Source: an uncultured virus (IMG/VR IMGVR_UViG_3300028590_000001)
Taxonomy: Duplodnaviria > Heunggongvirae > Uroviricota > Caudoviricetes
Length of the DNA: 64,000 nt
Direction: 5' to 3' (one strand)
Virus record (IMG/VR): IMGVR_UViG_3300028590_000001
Below the pieces are notes generated by a model. The model was not told the origin of the DNA, did no database searches, and saw only the letters and a list, made by a program, of their open reading frames with translations. Both the position numbers and the translations under genes were made by a program. Shown here piece after piece: positions 19,284 through 29,596 of the stretch (positions are counted from its first letter, which is position 1; the number at the start of each line of letters is the position of its first letter).

Positions 19284-21205
19284 CACAGCCTCCGCAGCAT
19301 GGAGTTCGTCACCACCGGATCGGAGCAGGTGACCAGCGAGATAGCCGCGATGCCGTGCACCGCCGACCTGAACGACGACGGGTCCAGACCCAGCTGCCGC
19401 AGGTCGGCGTCCTCCACGCCGGTGGCCCAGCCCTTGATCAGTTCGGGCACGTCGCCCATGTCGACCGGCTCCAGGACGGTGTGGGCTCGCTCGATGGGGA
19501 CATCGCGGAACATGGGCGCGTTCGTCCGGGTGCGCCGCCGCTTGTTGGCCAGCTCCAGCGCGCGGTTCACGCACCAGCGCGCCATCGTGACCCCGGCGGC
19601 GGCCGTCACCTCCGGGGGATCGGCGTCGGCCGGGTCGTCGGCGGGCTGCTCGGGTTCGGCGTCGGCCGGGGCGTCGTCCTCTTCCGCCTGCGGCGCGATG
19701 GCTGCCGGGTTGGGCGTGCCCAGCTCGAACTGGAAGCTGTCCAGCAGCTTCTCCAGGATCGGACCGAACACGGGCGCATTCGCTGCCGGGTCGGCGGCGA
19801 TCTTGTCCATGGCCAGCTGGAGCCACCCTTCGCGGGTCTCCAGGTCGTAGCCGTCCGAGTCATCGAAGCCCAGATGTTCCCGCAGCGCACGGGAGTTCAC
19901 CGCGCCACGGTCGAAGCCTTCCTTGGCCTCGTCGGTCTTGTCCGGGTCCTGCGTGAGCGCGGTGGTGTCGTACCAGACCAGGTAGGCATCCGGGTCGATG
20001 CCGAGTTCCGCCAGCTTCTGCCGCAGCACCTCCTGGGTGATGGCGTTGCAGATCAGTTCCACGACCGGCGCGACGTGAATCTTGATGTCCTGCTCATCGA
20101 TGGCCCACGCGCTCCAGTGGTTGCCCTGGGACACACCGAGCAGCCGCTCCGGCGCGACGTCCAGGCCCATGGCCAGCCGCTTGATGGCCTCGGTGCGGGT
20201 CTTGAGCGCGGTCTCGGGGACCTCGGTCGACGGGCGCAGCCACTGCACCGACTTGATCAGTTCGCCGGGGACGCCCGCCACGATGGGCAGCATGGCCGCC
20301 ATCGAGTTCTGATCCTTCTTGGCGGTGCTCGCCACGTCGAACAGCATGTCCTGGAGCTGCTGGCTGCTGTTCGGCAGGAAGACCGGCGGCGGGTTGTTGG
20401 TGTCCGGGGTGCCGGTCGGCAGCGCAACGGGAGACTGCGGATTCGGCAGGCTCATCTCCTGCGGAACGAACAGCAGACCGTTACCGATCAGGCGGGAGTT
20501 GTTGGCCTGGTCGATGGTGGCGGTGGCCTGCGCGATCTCGTGCAGCGCATCCAGGTTGGACCACGCCGGAGAGATGGGCAGGCTCGGGTCCTTGGGGTGC
20601 TCGTCCCAGACCCGGAACAGGATGTCCACGTCCGGGTCGAAGGTGTGCTTGCTGCCGTCGGGCAGCTTGAGTTGAATCTCCTGACTGCTGGCGGCGATCT
20701 GATCCTTGCCGAACACGAACCACTGTTCACGCTGGAAACCGGGCCGGTTCAAGTCGATGGGCAGCGGAGTGCCGTTGGGGACCTCCTCTCGAGAGGGGTC
20801 ACGCACCAACATGCCGATCCAGCACTCGCCGACCACGGACAGTAGGTACGCCGTGCGCCGTACCAACTTGGCCTGACCGGTGATCCCGCTGGCAATGTCG
20901 TTGACGATCTTGCGAATCTCACCGGCCAGCGGATCATCATCGGGGATGCCACCGGTGGGTTCGCCTTGCTCGTCCATGGCGCTGGCCACCAGACGGCAGC
21001 GGCTGGCGGACCATGCCCGCCAGCTGACGAAGTACTGGAATTCGCCCACCGCCTGGAGGTACCGCCAGGCGTCGGCCTGCCAGTCATCACCGGACGTCAT
21101 GGACTTGCGGAACGTGGACGAATTACCCGCGTCCACCCGCTGAGCGGCGGCCGTCAGGGCGTTCCGCTGACGGCCGCTGCGACGGCGAATCTTGACCTGG
21201 GGCAC
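19283..21205 (-). CDS. Portal protein
   Basis: 640 aa; WQADAWRY, RLAMGLDVAPERLLG, NHWSAWAI motifs; upstream of MuF/protease. Confidence 0.85.
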   Translation of the reverse strand: MPQVKIRRRSGRQRNALTAAAQRVDAGNSSTFRKSMTSGDDWQADAWRYLQAVGEFQYFVSWRAWSASRCRLVASAMDEQGEPTGGIPDDDPLAGEIRKIVNDIASGITGQAKLVRRTAYLLSVVGECWIGMLVRDPSREEVPNGTPLPIDLNRPGFQREQWFVFGKDQIAASSQEIQLKLPDGSKHTFDPDVDILFRVWDEHPKDPSLPISPAWSNLDALHEIAQATATIDQANNSRLIGNGLLFVPQEMSLPNPQSPVALPTGTPDTNNPPPVFLPNSSQQLQDMLFDVASTAKKDQNSMAAMLPIVAGVPGELIKSVQWLRPSTEVPETALKTRTEAIKRLAMGLDVAPERLLGVSQGNHWSAWAIDEQDIKIHVAPVVELICNAITQEVLRQKLAELGIDPDAYLVWYDTTALTQDPDKTDEAKEGFDRGAVNSRALREHLGFDDSDGYDLETREGWLQLAMDKIAADPAANAPVFGPILEKLLDSFQFELGTPNPAAIAPQAEEDDAPADAEPEQPADDPADADPPEVTAAAGVTMARWCVNRALELANKRRRTRTNAPMFRDVPIERAHTVLEPVDMGDVPELIKGWATGVEDADLRQLGLDPSSFRSAVHGIAAISLVTCSDPVVTNSMLRRL

Positions 21206-21236
21206 GCCGCCAGACTATCGGCGTGCCCCGCAGCTG

Positions 21237-21593
21237 CTACTCCTCTTCGATCTCGATTTCGTCGTCACCCTCGAAATTCTCGGCGGACACCCCGGCGAAC
21301 CAACTGGCCGCCAGCGCGAACATCGGCGTCCACCACATGGACAACCCGATGGTGTGCAGCATCAGCGGAGCGGTGGCCAGACCGACCCACAGCGACATGC
21401 ACCACGCGCAGTTGCTGAGGTACCAGACCATTCCGTCACGGTTGCCCTTGCTGATCTTCCAGGCGGCCTCCCTCAGGAAGTCGGTGATACGGTCGGCCGT
21501 CAGCAGCCGGGTGAGGCGGGCGACCGCCAGCACCCAGACTCCGACGACGGCGGCGTCCATGGCGAAGTCGAGTACGCGTTCGGCAGTGGTCAC
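21237..21593 (-). CDS. DUF1360-like membrane protein
   Basis: ARLTRLLTADRIT...CAWCMSLW pattern. Confidence 0.65.
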   Translation of the reverse strand: MTTAERVLDFAMDAAVVGVWVLAVARLTRLLTADRITDFLREAAWKISKGNRDGMVWYLSNCAWCMSLWVGLATAPLMLHTIGLSMWWTPMFALAASWFAGVSAENFEGDDEIEIEEE

Positions 21594-21811
21594 GAGGTGA
21601 TGTCCTTTCGTGGTGTGTTGCGCCGAATCCAGCTGATGGAGTTGCGCGTGCTGCGGAACTCGCTGGGGCTGTTCGGCATGGTGAGGCGGAAATTGCACTC
21701 CGGGTGCGTGAACTGGAGATGCCCGCTGCCCGTGTGTCCACAGTAGGACCAGCCCATGTGGATGGCGAAGGCGATGTCGGGCCGTTTCGCGTCGTACTTT
21801 CTCCTGCTCAT
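21590..21811 (-). CDS. HicA-like toxin-fold protein
   Basis: 73 aa basic protein with GW...TGSGHLQFTHP...PNSPS pattern. Confidence 0.55.
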   Translation of the reverse strand: MSRRKYDAKRPDIAFAIHMGWSYCGHTGSGHLQFTHPECNFRLTMPNSPSEFRSTRNSISWIRRNTPRKDITS

Positions 21812-22558
21812 CGCTCGCCCGCCTCGTTGATCACGAGCGTCACAGCCGCCAGCGTGAGCAGTCGAGCGGCTGTGACGGGGCCACCCAGGTCTTCGAAGCC
21901 CGCCAGGGGCACGCGGGCCGTCTGACCGGCGATGACCACCCGGTAGACCTCTTTGCCCGGTACGGCCGGTGCCAGCTCCAGCTCCAACTGGTCGGCGAAG
22001 GCCAGACCGTTGGCCTTCCACTTGGCGCGCAGGGTCTCCCACGCCTGGAACATGCGGTGGTGCTTGGGGGTGAACACGACTAGGTCTCCTTGTCGAAGAT
22101 GGGAACGTCGGGGTAGTCGACGTAGAACGCGGACCAGATTCCCAGTTCCGCGTGATCGCAGCGGCGCGTTACGCCGGTTGTCTCCCTGTCCCAGGCGACC
22201 TCCACCCAGTCGGTGAAGTGCTCCAGGGCCAGGACCCGGACGATGCCGCACCCCTCCAGGAAGGCGATGTCGCCCACCTGGAGGGCGTCGAGCGGTTTGC
22301 TGGTCACCAGGTGGGGATGCCGCGATCGGACAGCCAGCTGTCCATCTCGGACCACTCGGCATCCAGGTCGATGGTCGGCCACTGCGCCTTCGCGTCCTGG
22401 AGTTCCATGTCGAAGACCTCGACCAACTCCGGGAGCGACTTTTCGGTCAGGTCGCCGTAACTGTGCTTCGCCGCGTAGGTGTCCAAGAACCGCTCGATGA
22501 ACTCGACACGCAGCTCGATGCTGGCGGTGAGGGCGGCGACCGGGATTTCGACGGGCAT
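21808..22558 (-). CDS. Three small hypothetical genes (22304-22558, 22080-22307, 21808-22077)
   Basis: Coupled starts and stops, downstream of the motif promoter at about 22600. Confidence 0.55.
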
Positions 22559-22911
22559 TTGGTTCCTCCTTGGTTGGTGTGTGCCACTACCTTAGCACGG
22601 AAGCCGTGGGTTGTGTCAACTAGGAGTCATCAACCACCCCAGAATGCACATCGCAGCCAGACAGGCTCCGCACCAGAACAGCGGGTAGAGCACGCTGTAG
22701 CGCGACAAGCGGACCCACCGGAAGTAGAGCGATCGACGGCTCACGTCGGCCCCTTCATGTAATGCCCGCCCATTGTTGTGGCAGGCCAGGCGTCCAGGAT
22801 GGCACGGTTTCCGTGCTAAAGCAATGATCCTGGACGAGTTGCATTTAGCACGTGTCCCGTGCTACTGTGAATTCACACCAACCGGAAAGCCACCACCCGA
22901 AAGGACCTATC

Positions 22912-23901
22912 ATGGGCCACGATCTCGACAACACGAACGGTGTCTACTCCTTCGCGGATTCGCGGAACGACGCTTGGCACCAACTGGGGCAGCAGGTCAA
23001 CCACCTGATGACCGCCGACGAGGTGCTGGCAGAGGCGCAGCTGGCCAACTGGAACGTCCGCAAGCACCGCCTCTGGACCGAAGGCGACGACGGTTTCCCC
23101 GTCCAGATCGCGGACAAGTTCGCCACCGTGCGCACGAACCCTGTCACCGGGAACACCGACTACCTGGGTGTCGTCGGCACCAACTATCAGGTCATCCAGA
23201 ACGAGGACTCCACCGCATTCCTGAACGCCCTGGTGGACGAGAGCGGCGCGCACTTCGAGACGGCCGGTGCGCTGGCCGGTGGCCGCGAGACCTTCGTGAC
23301 GATGCGCATCCCCGGCTACATGAACTTCACCTTGCCGGACGGCACCGTGGACGAGACCGACCTGTACTTCGCCGCGATGAACAACCACACCGCCTGCGGC
23401 GCGTTCAAGGTCATCACCACGCCGATCCGCGTGGTGTGCCGCAACACGCAGTCGGCCGCCATCTCCGGCGCGAAGTCCACCTGGTCGGCCCGCCACACCG
23501 CCAACGCGCTCAACGCGCTGGAGGAGGCGCGGCAGTCGCTCAAGGTGGTGTTCGCCCACGCCGATGCGTTCAGTCAGGAGGTCGCCAAGATGATCGACGC
23601 CGAACTGGACCCGGAGCGTGCGGAGGTGTTCGCCCGGCAGCTGTTCGACGTGGACGGCGCGCCCACCGAGCGCGCCCAGAACCGTCGCGAAGAGCACGCG
23701 CAGGCGGTCCTCCAGGGGCTGCGCCTGCCGACCCAGAACGGTCTCCAGGACACGCGGTACGGCCTGTACAACGCGGTGACCGAGTACGTCGACCACCGCA
23801 TGGAGATCAAGAACGGCGTGTTCGGTGCCCCGGCCACCGGTGCCCTGATGGGCTCGTACGCCGAACTCAAGCAACGCGCCTTCGAGCTGCTGTCCGTCTG
23901 A
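22912..23901 (+). CDS. DUF932 / phage-plasmid-like protein
   Basis: AWHQLG, YQVIQNED, FETAGALAGGRETF, TPIRVVCRNT and YNAVTEYVDH motifs. Confidence 0.85.
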   Translation: MGHDLDNTNGVYSFADSRNDAWHQLGQQVNHLMTADEVLAEAQLANWNVRKHRLWTEGDDGFPVQIADKFATVRTNPVTGNTDYLGVVGTNYQVIQNEDSTAFLNALVDESGAHFETAGALAGGRETFVTMRIPGYMNFTLPDGTVDETDLYFAAMNNHTACGAFKVITTPIRVVCRNTQSAAISGAKSTWSARHTANALNALEEARQSLKVVFAHADAFSQEVAKMIDAELDPERAEVFARQLFDVDGAPTERAQNRREEHAQAVLQGLRLPTQNGLQDTRYGLYNAVTEYVDHRMEIKNGVFGAPATGALMGSYAELKQRAFELLSV

Positions 23902-23908
23902 TCCGCCC

Positions 23909-23934
23909 GGCGGCGGGGCTCCGGCCCCGCCGCC
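23909..23934 (+). terminator. GC hairpin after the DUF932 gene
   Basis: GGCGGCGGGGC-tccg-GCCCCGCCGCC followed by cttt. Confidence 0.6.
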
Positions 23935-23955
23935 CTTTCACGCGAGGAGAACACC

Positions 23956-24365
23956 ATGTGCGATTGCACGTGCCACGAACGCCAGCTCAAAGTCGGCGAC
24001 GTCATCTACGGGTTCTGCGGCGGCGAGTTCGGTAGCAGCAGCTACGGGCCTCGACTGGTCATCCACGTCGCGCCCGACTGGGTCGTCTACCGGGAAGACG
24101 CACGCTACGGACTGTGGGTCGGCAACCCTGCCGATCTGGTGCCGCACACCACGCCGGAGGAAGGGGACTGGCTGTGAAGGGGTTCAGCCTGCGCATGTCG
24201 GCGCGCACCGTGCAGGATGCCCGCCTGCTCGTAGAGCGCGCGGCGGAACTGCTCCAGACCGACAGCATCACGCCCGGCGAGGAACGCCTGCTGCGGCTGG
24301 ACGGCCACGACGGCGCAAGCCCGAACAGCGTGGCCTTCCTGCTGATTTACACCGATCGGACCTAG
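23956..24365 (+). CDS. Two small hypothetical genes (23956-24177, 24174-24365)
   Basis: RBS GAGGAG; GTGA overlap between them. Confidence 0.6.
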
Positions 24366-24428
24366 GGGTTGCACAACGCACGGAATACGTGCTAAGGTGG
24401 TTACACCACCAACCGAAAGGACCCCCAA

Positions 24429-24728
24429 ATGCACTACCTCAACACCACCGCCACCGTCTACGGCCCCGTCACCGAGGCCCTGACCGCTGCCGACCTGAGC
24501 AGCAACCACGTCGACCGGCTGGTGCACTTCGCCTACACGGAGGAGACGACCGCCCTGGAGATTCTCGTGATAGGCGAGCTGCGCGAAGTGGTCCACCACG
24601 TCGTCATCGACAGCTACGGCACCGACCACGCTGTCACGGTGTGGGTCACCGGCCGTAACAACACGACCGGTGATAAGCGCGAGTTCCAGCTGGCACCCAC
24701 CGACGTGATCGTCCTCGTCCAGGACTGA
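24429..24728 (+). CDS. Hypothetical protein
   Basis: Own motif promoter (24369-24398), RBS and downstream hairpin at about 24734-24767. Confidence 0.7.
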   Translation: MHYLNTTATVYGPVTEALTAADLSSNHVDRLVHFAYTEETTALEILVIGELREVVHHVVIDSYGTDHAVTVWVTGRNNTTGDKREFQLAPTDVIVLVQD

Positions 24729-24824
24729 ACTTCCACAACCCCCGGGGCTTCGGCCCCGGGGGTTGTGCTTTGCACGGTATCCGTGCTTTAATGGCAGTAC
24801 CCCCGACCACGAGAGGAACACCCC

Positions 24825-25637
24825 ATGAGTCACGCCACCCTCACCGTCATCTTGGACGGCACGCTGGCCAAGGAAGAACTCGAGGATGCGCTCGCCGCCG
24901 TGATGGCGCGCTACGACGAGAACCTGGAGGTAGACCGCTACGTCAAGGCCACGAAGTCCGAACTGATCGCCGAGGAACGCGCCGAGATCGAGGAGTACCG
25001 CACCGAGCGGTATGCGGAGTATCTGGCGGACCCGATCGCCTACGCCGAGCGCTGCCACAACTACGCGCATCTGGCGTACATCAGCGGCACGGCCGAAGAC
25101 GGCGGCTTCCCCGCCCGGCTGAATTGGACCGACGAGGAGGTGTACCAGGAGGCCATTCGCTGGTACGACGCCGAAGACATCGGCCCGGAGGGCGAGGTCT
25201 ACAGCGAGCGCAACCCCGACTCCAAGTGGGACTGGTGGGTCATCGGTGGCCGCTGGGCCAACTACTGGCCCGTCCTGGAGGTGACCGCGCCGGAGATGAC
25301 CTACGACGCAGTCGCCGCCTTCGCGCAGGTCTCGGAGAGCGTCCGGCCGGGTGCCGGGGCAGCGGATCGCAAGTACGTGGACGAGCGCGCAGCCCGGCCG
25401 GGCGAGTGGACCGACGTGGCCCGCAAGTGCGACATCGACTTCGACCACCCGGACCTGTACCCGGCCACGTTCGCCCTCCTGGATCAGGACGGCGAGTGGC
25501 ACGAGAAGGGGCTGATGGGCTGGTTCGGCACGTCCAGCGGCGACAAGCAGGCCGAAGTGTGGCAAGCGGAGTACCGCAGGCTCGTGGATGCCGCCTCCGA
25601 CAACGCATGGTTCGTCCTGGTCGACTATCACATCTAA
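24825..25637 (+). CDS. Conserved phage hypothetical protein
   Basis: 270 aa acidic; NPDSKWDWWVIGGRW, GEWHEKGLMGWFG and C-terminal VDYHI. Confidence 0.8.
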   Translation: MSHATLTVILDGTLAKEELEDALAAVMARYDENLEVDRYVKATKSELIAEERAEIEEYRTERYAEYLADPIAYAERCHNYAHLAYISGTAEDGGFPARLNWTDEEVYQEAIRWYDAEDIGPEGEVYSERNPDSKWDWWVIGGRWANYWPVLEVTAPEMTYDAVAAFAQVSESVRPGAGAADRKYVDERAARPGEWTDVARKCDIDFDHPDLYPATFALLDQDGEWHEKGLMGWFGTSSGDKQAEVWQAEYRRLVDAASDNAWFVLVDYHI

Positions 25638-25728
25638 CGCACGTAGCGCGGGTCTCACGCACACGAGGCCCGCGCTGTCGTACCCTGTCGATGTGACTGG
25701 GGTAACACCCTCACAAGGAGACCCGCCC

Positions 25729-26293
25729 ATGAACCTCGCCTGCGCCCACTGCGGCGCGCACACGTCGATGCCGAAGCTCCCCGCGCCCGGTGACATGCTG
25801 TTCTGCATCTACTGCGGCGGCATCGCGGTCTGGGACGCAGCCGGACACTGGCGCGACATGACCAAGGAAGAGCACCAGGAACGCATGGATCACCCCGGCT
25901 ACTTGGCCGCCGCCGACCACCTGATGACCCTGCGCATCCACATCGAACGCGACCGCGACGCCATGGCGCGCGTGGTCGAGCAGCGCCTGCGTGGCCGCGT
26001 GTACCCGTGGCTGCGCACTCAGATCGTCGCCACGGAGGTGGCGAACGCACTGCTGCGCAGCGGATTCCACGGCACCCCCGTAGAGGAGACACCCGATGGC
26101 CCTTGAGAAGCGCCCCCATTTGGTCCGCCACTGTCCGCTCAAGGACCGTGAAGACTGCGACTGGGTACAAGTGACGAGTTGGTACGTCGGGGGTCCTCAC
26201 AGGACGTGGACGGTCCCGCAGGACCGACTGGAGGCGGAAGCCGTCAAGCACATGGAGCGGCACTTCGGCCCGAAGCGGACGTGGTTCGTGTGA
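25729..26293 (+). CDS. Two hypothetical genes (25729-26106 with CxxC pairs; 26096-26293)
   Basis: RBS AAGGAG and GAGGAG; overlapping. Confidence 0.6.
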
Positions 26294-26763
26294 CCACCGG
26301 TGAGGAACGCTGGGAGCCAGACGAAGGGCTGGTGTACGCGGTGCAACATCGGCCGGTGCCCATCTCCGACCTGTCCGGCCCCGACCGTGCGTGGGTGGTC
26401 GCGTTTCTCACCACCCAGGGCTGGACGGTGGCCAGCATCGCCGAACGCCTGCGGTGCTCCCTCCGGCTGATCCAGCAGATCAAGGCAGAGCCGATGACGC
26501 AGGTCGCCGCGCACTGCCAGCGCCTGCGCGCGCAGGTGGATGCCGTAGCCGCGCTGGCGCACCTGGACGGCGTGGCCGCCGCTACGGACCTAGCCGCTGC
26601 GCAGGCGCGCATAGCCGCGCTGGAGCGGCAGCGGGACGTCATACTCCACCGCCTCCTCGAAAGGGACCACAGCCATGAAGTGCCCCATCTGCCACGACCT
26701 CCTCGGCCCGCTGCCCGACGGCGCGGTGAAGCACCCCCTCTGCGCGTGGGCGAACGCGGATGA
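26290..26763 (+). CDS. HTH-containing protein
   Basis: GWTVASIAERLRCSLRLIQQI helix-turn-helix-like segment. Confidence 0.55.
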   Translation: MTTGEERWEPDEGLVYAVQHRPVPISDLSGPDRAWVVAFLTTQGWTVASIAERLRCSLRLIQQIKAEPMTQVAAHCQRLRAQVDAVAALAHLDGVAAATDLAAAQARIAALERQRDVILHRLLERDHSHEVPHLPRPPRPAARRRGEAPPLRVGERG

Positions 26764-26909
26764 CTGGCGCGCCCTCCGTCCGCTGCTCGCCGGGGACTTC
26801 CTGGGAGTGCACGCGAGCGGGTCGTAACCAGAATCGTTAGCACCGGTAAGTAATCATTCCTCGCATACAAGAAAGCCCCTGACCCGGAGGTCAGGGGCTG
26901 TTCTGTGGG

Positions 26910-27155
26910 TCAGGCTCCGAAGGACCACGCATCTGCGGCGTTGCGGTAGGCCGACCGGGCGTACCGGTGAGCCTTCGTCCGCTGGACTGTGTCGCGAGTG
27001 AAGGTGGCGGCCAGCTCGAAACCGGCAGCGGCTTCGGTGAACAGCTCGTGGGCCGCGTAGCCGCTGACCTTGGTCGCGTCGGCGAACCGCTGCCGGGCGG
27101 TCTCGAAGGCGGCGGCGAACTGGTCGATGACCTGAGGGGCGGTGGTGTCGGACAT
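26910..27155 (-). CDS. Hypothetical protein (promoter-gene-terminator cassette)
   Basis: Motif promoter 27185-27214, RBS AAGGAG, hairpin at about 26874-26900. Confidence 0.7.
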   Translation of the reverse strand: MSDTTAPQVIDQFAAAFETARQRFADATKVSGYAAHELFTEAAAGFELAATFTRDTVQRTKAHRYARSAYRNAADAWSFGA

Positions 27156-27268
27156 TTGAACTCCTTGCGGTTGGTGGTGTGACCACCTTAGCACGGTGTC
27201 CGTGCGTTGTGCAAGCCACGACGAAAACGACCCCCGGCTCACCGGCCGGGGGTCGCTGTTGCTGCGGG

Positions 27269-27526
27269 TCAGAACAGCCAGAGCGCCAGCTCGTCGGACA
27301 TTTTCTGGGCGTAGTACCGGGACAGGAACTCCCGCCGATCGTTCAGCAGGCGGTAGCTGCGCCGCGCCGCGTTATGCGCGTCCGCCTCGGTCATCCCGCC
27401 CTCCTCCACGTGCTCCAGGATGTTGGTCATCCGGTCCATGTGGCGGGTCTGCGCGGCGAAGACCTCCTGCTGGCCCTCAGCCCACAGAAGCCCCAGTGTG
27501 GTGAAGGTGTCGTCATTGATAGCCAT
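27269..27526 (-). CDS. Hypothetical protein (cassette)
   Basis: Motif promoter 27557-27586; hairpin at about 27228-27255. Confidence 0.7.
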   Translation of the reverse strand: MAINDDTFTTLGLLWAEGQQEVFAAQTRHMDRMTNILEHVEEGGMTEADAHNAARRSYRLLNDRREFLSRYYAQKMSDELALWLF

Positions 27527-27676
27527 TGTCGGCTCCTCTCGGTTGGTGGTGACATCAGCTTAGCACGTAGTCCGTGCGTTGTGCAAGCGTGGCTGGGTGT
27601 CGAAATCGTTAGCACCGGGCACTAACGATGTGGGCAAAGACCCGGCGGGGCCCGTAGGCCCCGCCGGGGGAGTGGG

Positions 27677-27991
27677 TCAGAGGATGCCCGCCGCCTTGAG
27701 GGCGGCGCGGTTGGCGGCTGTGTGGGTGCGCTTGGAGGGGATGTAGAAGACCTTGAGTTCGCGGGCGGCGGGGGCCTCGGGGGCGGGGGCCGGGGCCTCG
27801 GCCGGGGCGGACTGGGCGGCGATCTTGGCGCAGCGCTTGCAGGTGACCTCGCCGGTGACCTTGCTGGCCTTGCGGGTCTTGGTGATGCAGCTACCGGCGG
27901 TGCGGTAGGTCTCGGAGCCGCAGATGGTCTTGGTGCCCTCGGCCGCGAGGTGGATGGACTTGCTGTTGCGGAAGGCGACGGTGGTGAACAT
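27677..27991 (-). CDS. Lys/Ala-rich zinc-finger-like protein (cassette)
   Basis: H..ICG...VTCKRC; motif promoter 28022-28051; hairpin at about 27641-27669. Confidence 0.7.
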   Translation of the reverse strand: MFTTVAFRNSKSIHLAAEGTKTICGSETYRTAGSCITKTRKASKVTGEVTCKRCAKIAAQSAPAEAPAPAPEAPAARELKVFYIPSKRTHTAANRAALKAAGIL

Positions 27992-28178
27992 TTTGTGCTC
28001 CTCTTGGTTGGTGTTGACACAACCTTAGCACGGGTTCCGTGCTTTGTGCAACCCCTTTCTGAAAAATCGTCTTGACCAGGGGATATGAGGCCATATGCAC
28101 ACATGGCTATACATGCATATGATGTGACCTGCACAAACACGAACGGCCCCGCCGTAGCGGGGCCGCAGGTGCTGCGCG

Positions 28179-28406
28179 TCAGCTGACGAACAGCCCGGTG
28201 CTCTCCATGACTGTGCCGTCGTAGTCCAGCTCGATTTCCATGGGGTCCAGGGTGTCCATGTGCGCTATCTCGGCGACCGAGATGGCCAGCGACGCTGCTG
28301 CATCGACCTCGTCGTCGAAGACGTACACCATCGCATGCGAGTGCAGGCCGAAGTAGTGGTCGATGACGACGATGTGGCCGGGGGCGAGGGGGAGGTTGGC
28401 GTACAT
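28179..28406 (-). CDS. Hypothetical protein (cassette)
   Basis: Motif promoter 28437-28466; hairpin at about 28144-28165. Confidence 0.7.
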   Translation of the reverse strand: MYANLPLAPGHIVVIDHYFGLHSHAMVYVFDDEVDAAASLAISVAEIAHMDTLDPMEIELDYDGTVMESTGLFVS

Positions 28407-28563
28407 GGTGTGCTCCTTGCGGTTGGTGGTGTGACCACCTTAGCACGGGTTCCGTGCGTTGTGCAACCCCCTGTCTGGAACCTATACGTAGCGAAACTAA
28501 CGATTCAGTTTCCCCTGGTAGACGCACCAATCGCCCCGCCGGTGAGGGCGGGGCGATTGGGGG

Positions 28564-29313
28564 TCAGAACGCGGTGCAGGTACAGGACGGGCAGTGGTGG
28601 GCGCGCGGCGGACTCGGACGCCATGCTGCGCCGTCTTCCAGCCGGTAGCCGTTCGGCAAAATGACCTCGTGGCCTGTCCGGTTGTACAGCGTCCGGCCCT
28701 GGCGGATCGCCTCCTCGATCTTGAAATCGTGGAACTCCTCATTGAACGCGTTGCCCACCAGGCAGTCGGTGCAGCCACAGCCCTCCGGGTCGATGCCGAA
28801 GCCGTTCTCCTTGAAGTCCGTCTTGATGCGAATGCCGTTGTGGTAGTTGTCCTCGTAGCTCATTTCGTCACCTGACAGTCAGGGCAGCGGTGGCGCAGAC
28901 CGTAGCCGTACACGGCCCAGTCCTTGGCGAGGAGGTGCAGGTTCGTAGCCTCGCTACTGAGCAGCGTGTCGGGGCGCGTGAAGGTGAAGTGGTAGACGGT
29001 ATTGCAGTGGTCGCACTGGACGCGCACCGTCATGTCACCAGACGGTTCCGGGGGTGGCTCGATGGCCATGGGGGTGTCCTCTCTGTTGGTGGGTGTGGAG
29101 ACGTGGGGCCGCCCGGCGAGGCGGCCCCAGCCCGGACTATGCGTAGACGACGCGGATCATGCTGCCGAACCGCGCCTCACGGGTAGTGCCGTCCTGCATC
29201 TTGACGGTGTAGTACCCCGTGAACTCGCCCTTGCCGACGTGCGTCACGACGCCGCGCTGGAAGCGTCCGGGCAGCTGGACGGTGTCGCCTACGGTGAAGC
29301 CTCGCTGTGCCAT
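28564..29313 (-). CDS. Three small hypothetical genes (29137-29313, 28860-29069, 28564-28863)
   Basis: RBS AGAGGA; motif promoter at about 29343-29371; Cys motifs in two of them. Confidence 0.6.
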
Positions 29314-29596
29314 GGGATGTCCTCTCTGTTGGTGGTGTGACCACCTTAGCACGCAATCCGTGCATTACCAACACCCAGCGGAAACAAACCCGTTGGTACG
29401 GTTGACCTGCGGTTTCCTTCTTGCATTCGCACGCAATCCGTGCAATGATGGTCACATCGAGCACACCGCCCCACCGCTGGCCCCGCAAGGGCATCGCGGG
29501 AGCCCTGGCCGGGCGGTGGTGCCGTGGCCGTCACTCCAGGGGGTGGCGCAACCGCCACGGCACAGCTCACCCAAACCACCACGAAAGGACACCCCT

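Noticed and set aside
19284..19826. N-terminal extension of the 927-aa MuF/protease ORF
   Set aside because: Overlaps the portal gene; the TGATG coupling at 19283 gives the plausible start.
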